A stretch of 56,581 nucleotides of DNA from Octopus bimaculoides (GCF_001194135.2 NC_068992.1:11813558-11870138); one strand, 5' to 3'. Positions 1-11,622 are shown, numbered from the stretch's first letter. The notes: generated from the letters alone by a model not told the origin. Translations and numbers: made by a program.

Positions 1-605
1 AATGATAATAAAAATAATAATAGTAATAATGGTAATAATAATGATGATAATAATAATAATGATAATAATAATAATAATAATAATAATAATCATAATAATA
101 GTGATAAAATAATGATGATGATATTAATAATAATAATAATAATAATGATAATAATAATGGTAATAATAATGATGATAATAATAATAATAATAACAGTAAT
201 AATAATAATAATGGTAATAATACTACTACTAATAATAATAATATTAATAATAATAATGGTAATAATAATAATAAATATTACAAGTACTTCTATAGCAACA
301 GCAGCAATCATTGCGTCAACGGAACCATAACAACAACAACAATGATTACTAAAATAACAACAACAACAGCGACGACGACAATGGCACCGATGACGACCAC
401 GACAGCAGTAAATATAAAAACAACAACAACAACAACAACAATGATTACTAAAATAACAACAACAACAAGTGCAGCAGCTACGGCAAGATGAAGTGCGAAA
501 AGAGCAACAGGCGCAACGATGCCAGCAATGCCAATCATGGCTGTAGCGATAATAACTATGGCAGCAGCAGCAGCAACAACAACAACAACAACAACAACAA
601 CCGTC
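1..605. repeat. Degenerate (AAT)n array grading into (ACA)n/(GCA)n trinucleotide repeats
   Basis: Seen directly. Includes a direct repeat of caacaacaacaatgattactaaaataacaacaacaac at about 331 and 431. Confidence 0.95.
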
Positions 606-613
606 ATCGATGT

Positions 614-676
614 TTTTTGGTGGTGGAATGTTCTGTCTGGTATGCAGACAGTTCCGGTTCGATTCCCGACCAAAGA
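614..676 (+). pseudogene. tRNA-like element (tRNA-Gly(GCC)-derived) with deleted D arm and anticodon loop CT-GGT-AT
   Basis: Acceptor stem TTTTTGG/CCAAAGA, anticodon stem TCTGT/GCAGA with a 7-nt loop, 4-nt variable loop, T arm TCCGG-TTCGATT-CCCGA with B box. Aligns by eye to metazoan tRNA-Gly(GCC). Confidence 0.55.
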
Positions 677-1066
677 ATGCAATAAATTACGTCACTCTGC
701 CAAATGCCAAAGCAGGGCTGAACGCCGGGTTTGGTTTCGCTGTTATTTCGCTTTGGTTTATTTTGCTTTATTTTTTGTTGTTGTTGTTGTTGTTGTTGTA
801 TGTTTTTGATTTGTTTCTTATCTCCAGCGTAGTCGGATGGTAAGGAGGAGCGGTGAGCGGCCATGATCTTTAATTTGATAAAAAAAATTTTGTTTTAGAT
901 TCTTCTAGATTGACGAGAGGAAGGAAGAAAAAAAAGAAGGAAAGAAAGAAAAAGAAAGAGAAGACGAAAGAAAGAAAAAGAGACAAAGAAAGAAAGAGAG
1001 AGTGATAGATAGAGAGAAAAAAGAAAGGTTGTTACCCGGTGTGTGTTTGTTGCTTCGGTAAGATAA

Positions 1067-1277
1067 GGCAGCGAGCTGGCAGAATCGTTAGCACGCCGGA
1101 CAAAATGCTCTGCAGCACGTCGTCCATCGTTATGTTCTGAGTTCAAATTCCACCGTGGTCAACTTTGCCTTTCATCCTCTCGGGGGTCAATAAATTCAGA
1201 ACCAGCAGAACACTAGGGTCGATGTTATCGACTTACACCCTCACCCGAAATTGCCGGCCTTGTGCCAGAATTCGAAA
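1067..1277 (+). mobile_element. tRNA-derived SINE family A (Meta/MESC-like central domain), near full length
   Basis: Head GGCAGCGAGCTGGCAGAATCGTTAGCACGCCGG, B box GAGTTCAAATTCC, central GCCTTTCATCCTCTCGGGGGTCAATAAA. Many diverged copies in the window. Confidence 0.85.
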
Positions 1278-1322
1278 TTTCCATTACAATTATTACGAAA
1301 GTGCCAAGATGTCAAATTCGTC

Positions 1323-1425
1323 ACCGCGCCGGACAACATTCTTAACGACATTTCTTTCGGCTCTTTACGTTCTGAGTTCAGTTGCCGCCGAGATTGACTT
1401 GCCTTCCATCCTTTCGGAGATGATA
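1323..1425 (+). mobile_element. SINE family A, partial copy
   Basis: TTTACGTTCTGAGTTCAG...GACTTGCCTTCCATCCTTTCGG matches the 1067 copy. Confidence 0.75.
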
Positions 1426-1645
1426 ATATAAGTATTAGCACATCTTTATCATGAAGCCACGCGATTTACGGAGTAACATATATTATATATTCTAATGCTT
1501 CAAGCCTCACTGTGGGTTAAATAATAATGTAAAGCCATTCTTTCTATTGAATAAGAAAGCACTGCCTGATGATGTATATATATTATATTCATATATATTT
1601 ATATATGAGTATCTATATACATATATACGCATGAATATATATTTA

Positions 1646-1714
<69 letters not shown>

Positions 1715-1716
<2 letters not shown>

Positions 1717-2135
1717 TCTTTGATTATTCTGTTACTTGTTTCAAGTCATTTGACTGTGGCCATGCTGGAGCATCGCCTGTAGTTGAACAAATCAACCACT
1801 GGACTTACTCTGTGTAAGCCTATTACTTCTATCGATCTCTTTAGCCGAACCGCTAATTACGGGGACGTAAACACACCAACATCAATTGTCAAGCGATGGT
1901 GGTGGGGGACAAACACAGATACACAAATACATAATGCATACACACACATGCACACATATATATATGTGTATGTATGTGACGGGCTTCTTTCAGTTTGCGC
2001 CTACCAAAAACCAGTGACAAGGGCTTGATCGGCCCGAGGCTATAGTAGAAGACTCTTGCACAAGGGACCACGCAGTGGGTCTGATCTCGGAACCATATGT
2101 TTGGAAATCAAGTCTCTTACCACGCAGCCAATGCC

Positions 2136-2136
<1 letters not shown>
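1715..2136 (-). mobile_element. Composite SINE family D (tRNA-like head, internal microsatellite, tail ending ...GCATGGCCACAGTCAAATGACTTGAAACAAGTAAC)
   Basis: Homologous segments recur at about 6997-7197, 7985-8105, 24361-24524, 28806-29212, 43192-43395 and 56010-56055. Confidence 0.85.
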
Positions 2137-2222
<86 letters not shown>

Positions 2223-2495
2223 CGTACCTAGCTACATACATATATATGTGTGGGTATATTATGTGCACATTGCGCATAAATGCACACAAAACAGCTTATG
2301 TGTAGGCATGTATATATATATATATGTATATATATATATGCATGCAATTAATCTTATTCGTGTAGTGTGTGTGTGTGTGTGTGTGCGTATTCGCTCGCAT
2401 TTCCACATAATCTCTCCCTAACCTTTACTCTTTTGTTCTCCGATTCCATCAGCCCACATTTCTCCGCCAAATCTGCTGTTTTGTCGATCTTTCAG

Positions 2496-2584
2496 ACAGC
2501 TTCTAAAAATACTGCCGGAAAACAACAAACAAGCGCACTGGGTCGCTGACATGTTGCGAAAGTTCGATTTTGCATCTGTTTCCG
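2496..2584 (+). CDS. Candidate internal exon (QLLKILPENNKQAHWVADMLRKFDFASVS), ends in phase 1
   Basis: Acceptor ctgttttgtcgatctttcag; one open, protein-like frame; weak donor CCG|gtgact. No confident homology. Confidence 0.25.
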
Positions 2585-2693
2585 GTGACTGTCATTCGAG
2601 ATTTCATGCATATTTATTTAGATATTTATATATTTTTTATTTATTTTTTTCTTTCACATTATTATTATTATTATTATTATTATTTAGTCTTAT

Positions 2694-2854
2694 TTCATTC
2701 TCGTTAAAATAGAAAAATTTTGTTTCGGCATCTATTCCCCTATCTCCTTACTCATCTCGTTGGAATATTATTCTGGGCTTTTTCTTGCAAGCTGCGTATG
2801 ACGTTGTTTTGTATCAAATTGCGACACGCTTTTTCCTGTCAGATTATTGTACAG
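2694..2854. repeat. Diverged local duplication, copy 1 (copy 2 at 3861-4026)
   Basis: Shared blocks GGAATATTATTCTGGGCT, TTCTTGCAAG, TTGTATCAAATTRCGACAC, TTTTTCCTGT, GTACAG. Confidence 0.85.
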
Positions 2855-3393
2855 AACAACTATATCCTTGCCTTCTTCTACAATCTAACAGCAAGAACAC
2901 GACAACAACAGCAATAGCAGCGACAAAGAAGCAGCTTGCTTGATGTCACTGATTTTGTTTCGTTTGTTTGCTTTAAATAATGGTCCAAACTATCGTTGTT
3001 ATATCTTCGATGCTTCTCACGTTAGGAAGTCCTATATTGTTTAAAATTTTTTTAACATTTATGACAAGCAAAAAATACAAAATATTAATAAATCTGTTTG
3101 TTTTAGCATAATTTGCATTTCTGTTTCGTTATTTATAGTTTAAGATCATTGTCCTACGTTTATTCAACATGTCATATGCAGAGCGAGTCGCAAATTATTA
3201 TACGAAAAATAAAACCAGTCACGCGAAATACTAAATGGAATCGAACCGATTATTGCGCCTCTATATGGTTCACCAACAGGCAAGAAATGGCTGCTAACTT
3301 TTTCAAGCATATTTGCGTTGTTAAGAAATTTGTCTCACTATGAATATTTCAAGCCTTGTTCCTATAAAGAAAGGATTATTATTAATATCATTA

Positions 3394-3605
3394 AGGCGGT
3401 GAATGGGCTGAACCGTCAGCCCGCCAGAGTATAGACGTAGTGACATTTCATCCGTTTTTACGTTCTAAGCTCAAATTCTACTGTAGTCGACTATACCTTT
3501 CATCATTTTGGGATCGATAAAATAAGTACCTGTTAAGCATGGCAGTCACTATAATCGACTAGATCCGTCCCCCAAAATTTAAGGTCCTGTGCCCATGACA
3601 GAAAA
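3394..3605 (+). mobile_element. SINE family A, diverged full-length copy
   Basis: TTTACGTTCTAAGCTCAAATTC...GGATCGATAAAATAAGTACC. Confidence 0.75.
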
Positions 3606-3628
3606 AGAAAAAAATACTGTTGATTTTT

Positions 3629-3760
3629 AAGGTGAGCTGGCAGGAGCCTTACCATACCAGACATTTTCAGAGGCATTTCTGCCGGTTCTTTACGTGTGAG
3701 CGCAAATGCCACCGAGTTCGATTTCACCTTTCATCCATTCGAGGTCGATAAAATACTCGC
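3629..3760 (+). mobile_element. SINE family A, 3'-truncated copy
   Basis: GGTGAGCTGGCAG head ... CCTTTCATCCATTCGAGGTCGATAAAAT. Confidence 0.75.
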
Positions 3761-3860
3761 TGAACAAATTGAAAACCTTTTGCTAAAATTAGAAATAATT
3801 CTTAGCTATTACCGAATCGTTATTATGGCTCTTATTGTTCGTATTACCTTTTATTCTTGG

Positions 3861-4026
3861 TTCATCCTTTCTAAAATAGAATTTAATTTCGGTGCCTTTC
3901 CCCATTCCCTTTAATCTTCTCGCTGGAATATTATTCTGGGCTGTTCTTGCAAGTAGCATCTGACGACGACGATGTGTTGTATCAAATTACGACACCTTTT
4001 TCCTGTTAGTTAGAGGTTGTGTACAG
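3861..4026. repeat. Diverged local duplication, copy 2
   Basis: Matches 2694-2854; 1-nt indels break a shared reading frame. Confidence 0.85.
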
Positions 4027-4854
4027 TAATCTATCAGCGTTATTTCTTGTTACAGTCAGTCGGATTGCTTTGGATCATAGGTCTTCCTGACTTCTGAGTT
4101 ATTTGGTGCTAAACAACAAGGGTAACAACGATGACGACGACGGCGACTACAACAGCAACAACAACAACCACAACGGCGACTCGGGGGATATCATTTAACA
4201 GCATCATATAACAGAAGTACTTTCGAAGATAGAAACAACATGGCTTTCGCTTGATGGTTATTTCCTCCGAGTCAGCAGAGCTGAATACATTCAAATTTTA
4301 ACCACCAGCCTCACACACACACACACATACACACAAACGCATGCGTACGCACACTTATGGAGAAAGAAAGAGAGAGGGAGAGGTTGGGTCGGGATAGAAA
4401 ATAATCGCTTTATTATTATTCTCAAACGTTTTGGTTAATATTGAGTCAAATATTTTCTGATTATATAACAGAATGAGAAAGGGTGCACATCAAACGTAAC
4501 TCGTTTAAATTTTAAATTCAAAATTACATTAACAGTTCAGGGTTGTTTTTTCTTTCTTTCATTTTTTGCCGATACAGTCCCTCGCTAGCTTCATCGGACC
4601 TCGAGCTTTTCTTAGTTTTCTTTTTTCTTTAATGTTTTTTGTCTGCTGTTTATATTTTAGTTTGAAATCACGTAATTGATTGAATACATCATTGAAAGGA
4701 AATAGTCATTGTTCTTTATGTATTTTTAATATTAATTTGCAATTATTCTTCATTACTTCTAATTATAATTTGTATTATAATAATGATTTCTCACTGAGAC
4801 ACAAAGCCGCAATTATTATAAGGAGAAAGAATTTAAAGTCGATTGAGCTGATTC

Positions 4855-5020
4855 ACAGTATATTACTGGTAAATATTTCATCGATCCCAGAAGAATGACT
4901 AAATTCGACCTGAAGTGATTTGCAGACATAACGTAACAGGAAACAGAACTAAATTCTAAAAAGCTGAGTCTGCGGTGAGTCATGATGTTTTGGGTATTTG
5001 GCTAACGATTGCCACGTCGT
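4855..5020 (-). mobile_element. SINE family A, highly degraded
   Basis: TTTCATCGATCCCAGAAGAATGACTAAATTCGACC...GGCTAACGATTGCCA is a decayed reverse complement of family A. Confidence 0.5.
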
Positions 5021-5120
5021 GTGTGCCAATCACTGAAAGGAGCAGCTCAGTTTGTACATGAGAGGTCCTTCGTCTTGCGTTGCTTCCGTCCACGATCTCA
5101 TATAGACATAGGTTCTCTCT

Positions 5121-5167
<47 letters not shown>

Positions 5168-5514
5168 GCGCACATCCACACACCCACACCCACACACTTA
5201 AACACGTGCACGCGCACGCACACAAATAGTAATGAAGTATACACACTTGTGTACTAATTTAACATATACATATTTTAAATGAGAGCAAGCTTATCCACAC
5301 ACACACACATTTAGACACTGATGTATGTACACATCAATTAATTGAGATAACAAAACCCTAAGGTTTCCTTGATTTTGCGGGTAACCAACTTTCATTCTGT
5401 AAAGGGATATAAATAAATCCAAAAGAAAAAGTATGACATATACATACACAGACATGAAAATTTAGAACACCTTATGTATGATGCGGCATCATGCATGATT
5501 CATATAGAATGGTG

Positions 5515-5758
5515 TATGTGTACCACCCAGCTGGACGGGACGCCAGTCCATCACAGCATTACTCAAGAAACAGGAAGAAAGAGTGAGAAAAAGTTGGGGC
5601 GAAGGAGTACAGCAAGGGTCACCACCACCCCCTGCCGGAAACTCGTGGAGCTTAAGTGTTTTCGATCAATAAACACTCACAACGCCCGGTCTGAGAATCG
5701 AAACCGCGTTCCTCCCACCGCGAGTCCGCTGCCCTAACCACTGGGCCATTGCGCCTCC
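5515..5758 (-). mobile_element. SINE family B (tRNA-Arg(TCG)-like head)
   Basis: Reverse complement of GGAGGCGCAATGGCCCAGTGGTTAGGGCAGCGGACTCGCGG; matches 22960 and 34404. Confidence 0.85.
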
Positions 5759-6357
5759 ACGTGCTCGCATGTAGAAAGACGATAATATACTTATAATTTA
5801 CAAGCGTCGATTCCAATAGATTAGACATCGACCACAACCCATAAAATGTCAAGTAGAGTACAAATAATGGGTAAGCAATATCTATTTTGAAAGTAAAATG
5901 GAAGCTACTGCCTTTTTAATTCATACTGATACGTTACAGCCACGAGGAAGGAAGAAAAAAAAACAACAACAACAACAACAAAAAGATTAAAATGTAAAGT
6001 ATTCGTTGCAAAAGGTGGATATTACAGTTCATTGCTCAGAAAGAATTCAGGGAATAGCTTAGACTTTATAATATTTATCTAGAAACAAACGTGGAAGACA
6101 AATTCTTAATTGCTTGTGCTTTACGTCAAATTAGATGATGCTTTGTACGTAATGAAAACTCACTCGTTTGGAAATAATAATACCCATTTGGCTGCCTGGT
6201 AAAGTGTGTGTTACATGCACATGCGTAATGGTCTTCAAGCAATTTTTATTTCCTTTCAGTTCTAATTTCTTTTTCTTGGAAACTATTTGCAGCTGCACAA
6301 GCAGTGAATTAGTATAATCCGAAACGTGTTGACACTCCCACCGTGAACAAAAAGGAG

Positions 6358-6680
6358 TGTAAGCGCGTAGCTTCGTGGGTAGGATATTCGGCTCAGGATC
6401 GTAACGTTTCGAGTTCAATACCAGGTGGCGCGTTATGCCCTCGGGCAAGACACTTTTTTTCACATTGCTCCAGTCCACTCAGCTGGTGAAAGTGAGTAGT
6501 ACCAATATGTCAAAAGGCCAGCCTCGTCACAATCTGTGTCATGCTGAATCTCCCTGAGACTACGCTAAGAGTACGTGTGTTCTGTGGAGTACTCAGCCGC
6601 TTGCACGTTGATTTAATGAGCAGGCTGTTCTGTTGAGTGCATCGACTAAAACACTCCTCATCGTAACAACGAAGTGCCAG
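6358..6680 (+). mobile_element. SINE family C (CORE-like GGGCAAGACAC...CTCCAGTCCACTCAGCTGG body, same tail as family B)
   Basis: tRNA-like head with GAGTTCAATACC; tail TGTGTCATGCTGAATCTCCCTGAGACTACG...GAAGTGCC. Confidence 0.8.
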
Positions 6681-6996
6681 TTTTCAATAGATAGGATATC
6701 GGCTTATCATACGATGGATTAAATAGTTTGAAATTAACCACATGCAGTGATTTTGTTATCTTATAATCCAATCCACGCAAGTGAAATTTTTGTTGCTTTT
6801 TACCATCATTTGTACTTAGTAGAGAGTTTATTTAGCTACCGTTAAAGAGGTACACTTTATTACTGTGAAGGTGAAATGAACAAATGTATCGGGTATCAAA
6901 TTCCTCGCTCGAATTCTATGCTAAAAACAGGCAGGGGATCCATTGCTTTGTTTCGTGAGAAAATGCGTCTTCAATAATTTACTACGTTTCAGCCAT

Positions 6997-7197
6997 CTTT
7001 TCTCTGTTACATTCATTGAACTGCGGCCGTACCTTGAAGGAGTTTAGTCGAATAAATTGACCCACGAACTTGTGTTTTTGTCACTTTTTCCTACACATGT
7101 ACCTATTTTATCGGCACTTTTGCCGACATATTAGGTTGCAGGGACGTAAAGAAACCAACAGCGATTGTCAAGCGGCGGAGGACAACCACAGACACAT
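6997..7197 (-). mobile_element. SINE family D, tail segment
   Basis: TTTAGTCGAATAAATTGACCC...GGACGTAAAGAAACCAACAGCGATTGTCAAGCG matches about 1750-1920. Confidence 0.75.
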
Positions 7198-7224
7198 ACA
7201 TATATATACACGCGTACTTGCATA

Positions 7225-7258
<34 letters not shown>

Positions 7259-7347
7259 CATACATACATGCATACACACACATATAATTCATTTTTGTAT
7301 TGGTTTGTAAGATTCTTTATGTGAATTCGTGTGTTGAAGCATATTTT

Positions 7348-7569
7348 CTGGGAAGAGTCATTCTGCTTTAAATCATTTTTAATTAACACACTCACCGGTT
7401 CGATTTCCACTCATTTACTTATTTATCTTTTATAAAATGTTCGTTGTTCAACGACTATTGAAGAGGTTGCAAGAAGCAACGAAAATTTTAGAAATATAAA
7501 TAAGGTGTAGAAATTGAACCGGTGAGTGTGTTAAATAATAAGGCATTAAAACAGAATGACCCTCCCCAG
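7348..7569. mobile_element. Fold-back (palindromic) MITE-like element
   Basis: Arms CTGGGAAGAGTCATTCTG...TTAACACACTCACCGGTTCGATTTC and GAAATTGAACCGGTGAGTGTGTTAA...CAGAATGACCCTCCCCAG are imperfect reverse complements. Confidence 0.8.
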
Positions 7570-7984
7570 CCAATAATGTGTGTGTGTGTGTGGGGGGGGG
7601 GAAGATCTAGAAGAAAACATGCAGAAATAAGTTGTACAAAACAGAGTTTATTTTAACAAGATACCTCTTGAAATCCTCTGAAGAAACACATATACGCTGA
7701 GAGATACACCTAAGCCAGTTATACAGTGTCTGACCTACTGTGAATCGATGTAAGATGGATCGAAACGATTGTAGTGATAAATAAAGATTTTCGTATCTTC
7801 CATCTTCCGTCTCTCGTTAATCAAACATCCAACGAACACTAAGCCAGCGAAAGTGCTTTACCGGAAAACTACCAGGTGTATACCATACAATTTATTTATT
7901 ACTAACTAACTAAATATGTGTTTGTGTGTGTGTGCATGCAAGTATGTATGTATGTATGTATGTATATGACGAGCATTCAGAGTT

Positions 7985-8105
7985 TCCACCTACCAAATTG
8001 GACCTGAAGCTATAGTAGAAAACACTACCCCAATGAGATGCGCCGTGAGACTGAACCCGAAACCGCGTGGTTGCAAAGCGAGTCTCTTAACAACACAGCC
8101 ATGTC
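7985..8105 (-). mobile_element. SINE family D, head segment
   Basis: CTATAGTAGAAAACACT...ACTGAACCCGAAACCGCGTGGTTGCAAAGCGAGTCTCTTAAC. Confidence 0.75.
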
Positions 8106-10657
8106 CACGCCTGTGGACATCAATTATCGAGGGTAGCTTTAGTGGATCAATTGGAGCATGCAAGTGAACGCGATATTTCATCTTGCTCAAGATTTTACGT
8201 AAACATAAAGTGCTGATGTGATGCCGCTGCTGTGAACAGAACTGAGATAGATTCCGACAAAAGGAAAGGGTCATAGGTTTATTCAGATTAATAGTCCTGT
8301 CCTTTAAACACCCTGTAATGATAGACGCCTATAACACGATGCTTTGTGTCATTCATTTCTCAAGCACTGCATGATTTAGGGTTAGGAGTTACCGGCCAAG
8401 AGTTGTTGGCTCTTTCATCAAGAAGGTTAAATTTTAACCTACAGACTAAAGAAACAGTCAACATACATTTATAATTTCATATTGCTGCTTAAAGTAATTC
8501 TAACATATGAAGTTCTTGGTAGAAGGAAAGTGAACTCGGCTGCTGAAGCATTTCTCTCTCTATCTATCTGTAAGCATGTATATATGTATTTGTGCATTTG
8601 CTTATATATATATATATATATANNNNNNNNNNATATATATATATATATATATATATATATTGCACGTGGCTACAAACAAGCGCATGCATAATTTATAAAT
8701 ATCTATATCTAAGTGTAAGCATATGTGTGTGTGCGTGTGTATGCGTGTGCATGTGTGTGCGCGTGTGTGTACGACACCTTTTACTAATAGGCTGGCCACT
8801 CTTACCATGACTACCTTCAAAGCCATTTATCATGGTTAACTTTGAATTTTCTTTGAACTATGACAGTCTGGATAGTTGATCTTCTGTTCTTCTTAGACAT
8901 GCAGACTACATTATTCCCCTTTTTATCTTTTCCTCTTCATTTCACAGAAGATATAAAAATACTAGCCCTTCCTTTTCTTAATTGTTATAAAAAGAATTTT
9001 CGCTTTATATATTATCATTATTATTATTATACACAGATGTATCCTAGCCCTGACAATCAACTTATGCTGGTATATAGCGTCGAATCGAATAACGATATAT
9101 TCCTCTGAAAATCTGGTGCTTCAACTCCGCTATGCAATCATTTATGCAATGATTATCACATAATGTACCAGTGTTTGCTAGTGGAACACGTGTAAGTTTA
9201 AGTAGTTCATGATGTTGCAAGGAAATCATTTTAATTCTCCTATTTTTTCTGCTTTCATGTGTGTGTGTGTGTGTGTATATATATATACATATATATGTGT
9301 AGTTTTATGTCGTTCAACCTCGAAGTCTGATGTCTTATCTCACTGACCTTCCGAGGTAAGTTTTCGATGGCCTTTAATGAGGAACTCTAATTTTTAGGTT
9401 AGAGATAAAGGTTAAGTGGTAAACGAAATAGGGACCTTCTTTTGACCAGCATAAATTTTGAGATGGTACTTTGTTTGGGCCGAGAGAGAGATCACTGTCA
9501 TATAGTTTAAAGTATGGAAATGAAATAAGCCATATCGTTATAGTGTTCTCCCAAAAACATCTATTAGTGGTATAGCAAAAAAAAAAAAATGTACATTCCA
9601 GGGATTCTCCATTTGAGGTTCCAGGATTAAACACATGTTCGCTATCTTATGTATATGTGGAGCCCCTTCGCACACCGATACTTTCACATACATAGGCAGA
9701 AATGAGGTATATACATTTGTACTAATCTGACACGAACACCCTTCATATAACGGTAAGTTTATCCACACACACTTTTATACAACAGACACACATATATGCA
9801 CAAACAATCTAGTTCAGGTATGAACAAATCCCAGGAGTTGTCTTGATTTAAGGTGGTTGCTTTCAAATGGGGTCCATATGGCCCTTCAAAGTCCATATCA
9901 AATTTTGTTGTTTGAATTCATGTGTAATAAATTGGTTATACTTCTAGAATACACAAAATATTTTATAAATTTTTACTTATATCCTACAAATATTTAATCA
10001 TAAAAAGATAATAGAATTTTTTAAACAACGAAGGGCTATGAGGGTCCGTCCTAGTAAAACAGGAAGCAAAGAGTCCATAGGTAAAAATTGATTGAGAACC
10101 AGACTTAAGGGGTCATTTTGTTAGTGACTAGTTTGAATTTTTGCAAATCTTAAATCCTAAGGAACAGCATACCCACAAACACACGCATACATACATACAA
10201 AACAGTGAGTACATATCATATACAAGTCAATATCTTACATGAATTATACAATTCATCAACGGATATATATGTACCCAGTGCAAGTCAGATCGAGAAGTTC
10301 TACTTAACACCTCGAGTAAACCGAACGAAATATAGACGTATTAATTATCCAGGACTCCTTTTACCCAGCGCTAGCAGTACAAAGTTACCTAGGCAGTTCA
10401 CATATTCCCTGTCTAATTACATGCGTGCTGCAGGTAATGAGTAGAGGGAGTGCTGTATAATTAACGCGCTCGTAGGTAATTTGGATTGCTTGAGGGATGT
10501 TCCGTTAAAATTATTGCGTTAACATTCTAAAGGTATCTGTGGTGGATTATCCTTTAATGGGAATCGTGTAAAATGGTGCTTCGTATAGCCGTGTAGAGAG
10601 TAACTCAATTATTCCTCTGTATATGGCTTTTATTATTATTATATATATATATATATA

Positions 10658-11525
10658 TAACAGAAATATGTTAGAAAACAAAATAGAAACTACCCGTGGA
10701 AATGTAAAGGGAAAGTAAGCAGAAAAATAAGAGAAAATGCACATTGAAAATCAAAAAGAAAGTAAGGCTTTTTATGAAAAGTAACGATATATGTATACAA
10801 TTAGATGAACTGAGGTAGGAATAAAGGTAAAAAAAGTCATTATTGTGAGTTATTAAGGAAATTTACAAGCATACCGGTTTCGTAGTAAAACTATTTATTG
10901 CTTTGAGTATACACCGAATTCTGAACGGTGTCAAGTCTATTAGTCCCTTAGTAAAAAGATTATGTGAAAGGAAGGTAAGTAGTTCTGGATTTGGTGCAAT
11001 TAGGGTAATCTGGATTTGTAGTGTGAATGGTGTATGGGATGTATGAGGGTTAGTGATATTAAATGGAAGATTAGTGGTGTTCTCTATGATGTTATGTGTT
11101 TATATTTAGGGAAGGAAGATATTTATTAATGAAAAATGCCTCTTTATTCATTCTTTGTTGTGTAAACGTGTTCTGTGAACATTGATAGAAGGGAAAAATT
11201 AGGATTAAGATTCCTCGCACATCTTTCTATGTGTCCACTGACCTGTATCTGTCTGTAATGTGTGTGGCGGATTTGTTCTTTGTGGAGAGTAGTTCTTCTA
11301 CGGAGTGAGATTCCTGTTTGGCCAATATAGTAATTACTGCACCCTAAGCATGTAATGGCATAGATTAGATTTTCCGAGGCACAGGTGAAATTTGATTTAA
11401 TCTTAAAGATTTCACCTAGTTTAAAGTGGAACTCAGAACCCTCCAAAACGTGGGGGCAAGTCCCACAGTTAGGTCGACCACATTTTTTTACTTTTGGTTC
11501 TGTTAATGGATACAGTCTTGCACTG
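10658..11525 (-). mobile_element. 5'-truncated Penelope-like element: GIY-YIG endonuclease C-terminus plus 3' region, flanked by (TA)n
   Basis: KCGRPNCGTCPHV...FTCASENLIYAITCLGCSNYYIGQTGISLRRRTTLHKEQIR...HIERC, then a frameshift near 11195 into FPFYQC...KEAFFINKYLPSLNINT* (stop 11092-11094). Typical PLE Cys-rich linker plus GIY-YIG. Confidence 0.92.
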
Positions 11526-11582
11526 ATATATATATATATTTTTTTAAATGCAACGGCGATGTTTATATACAAGTATTTGTAT

Positions 11583-11622
<40 letters not shown>

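Noticed and set aside
1-864. ORFs with poly-I/T/N/Q/V, including MAAHRSSLPSDY... (604-864, minus)
   Set aside because: Translations of trinucleotide arrays with stops in related frames; no domain or convincing splice context.
4926-4974. Exon-like unit with a gtgagt donor
   Set aside because: Stops in all three frames; lies in a degraded antisense SINE.
7735-7785. Hammerhead-like CTGTGA...GAAACGAT string
   Set aside because: Core lacks a base, helix III is not palindromic and stem II is mismatched; too degenerate to support.
9171-9361. Two perfect gtaagt donors (9192, 9356)
   Set aside because: Upstream acceptors are weak and the lengths (20, 53 nt) are not 3n; no recognisable peptide.
10205-10444. 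79-aa ORF with a CAG|gtaatg donor
   Set aside because: No good acceptor and no homology recognised; within the chance range for ORF length.
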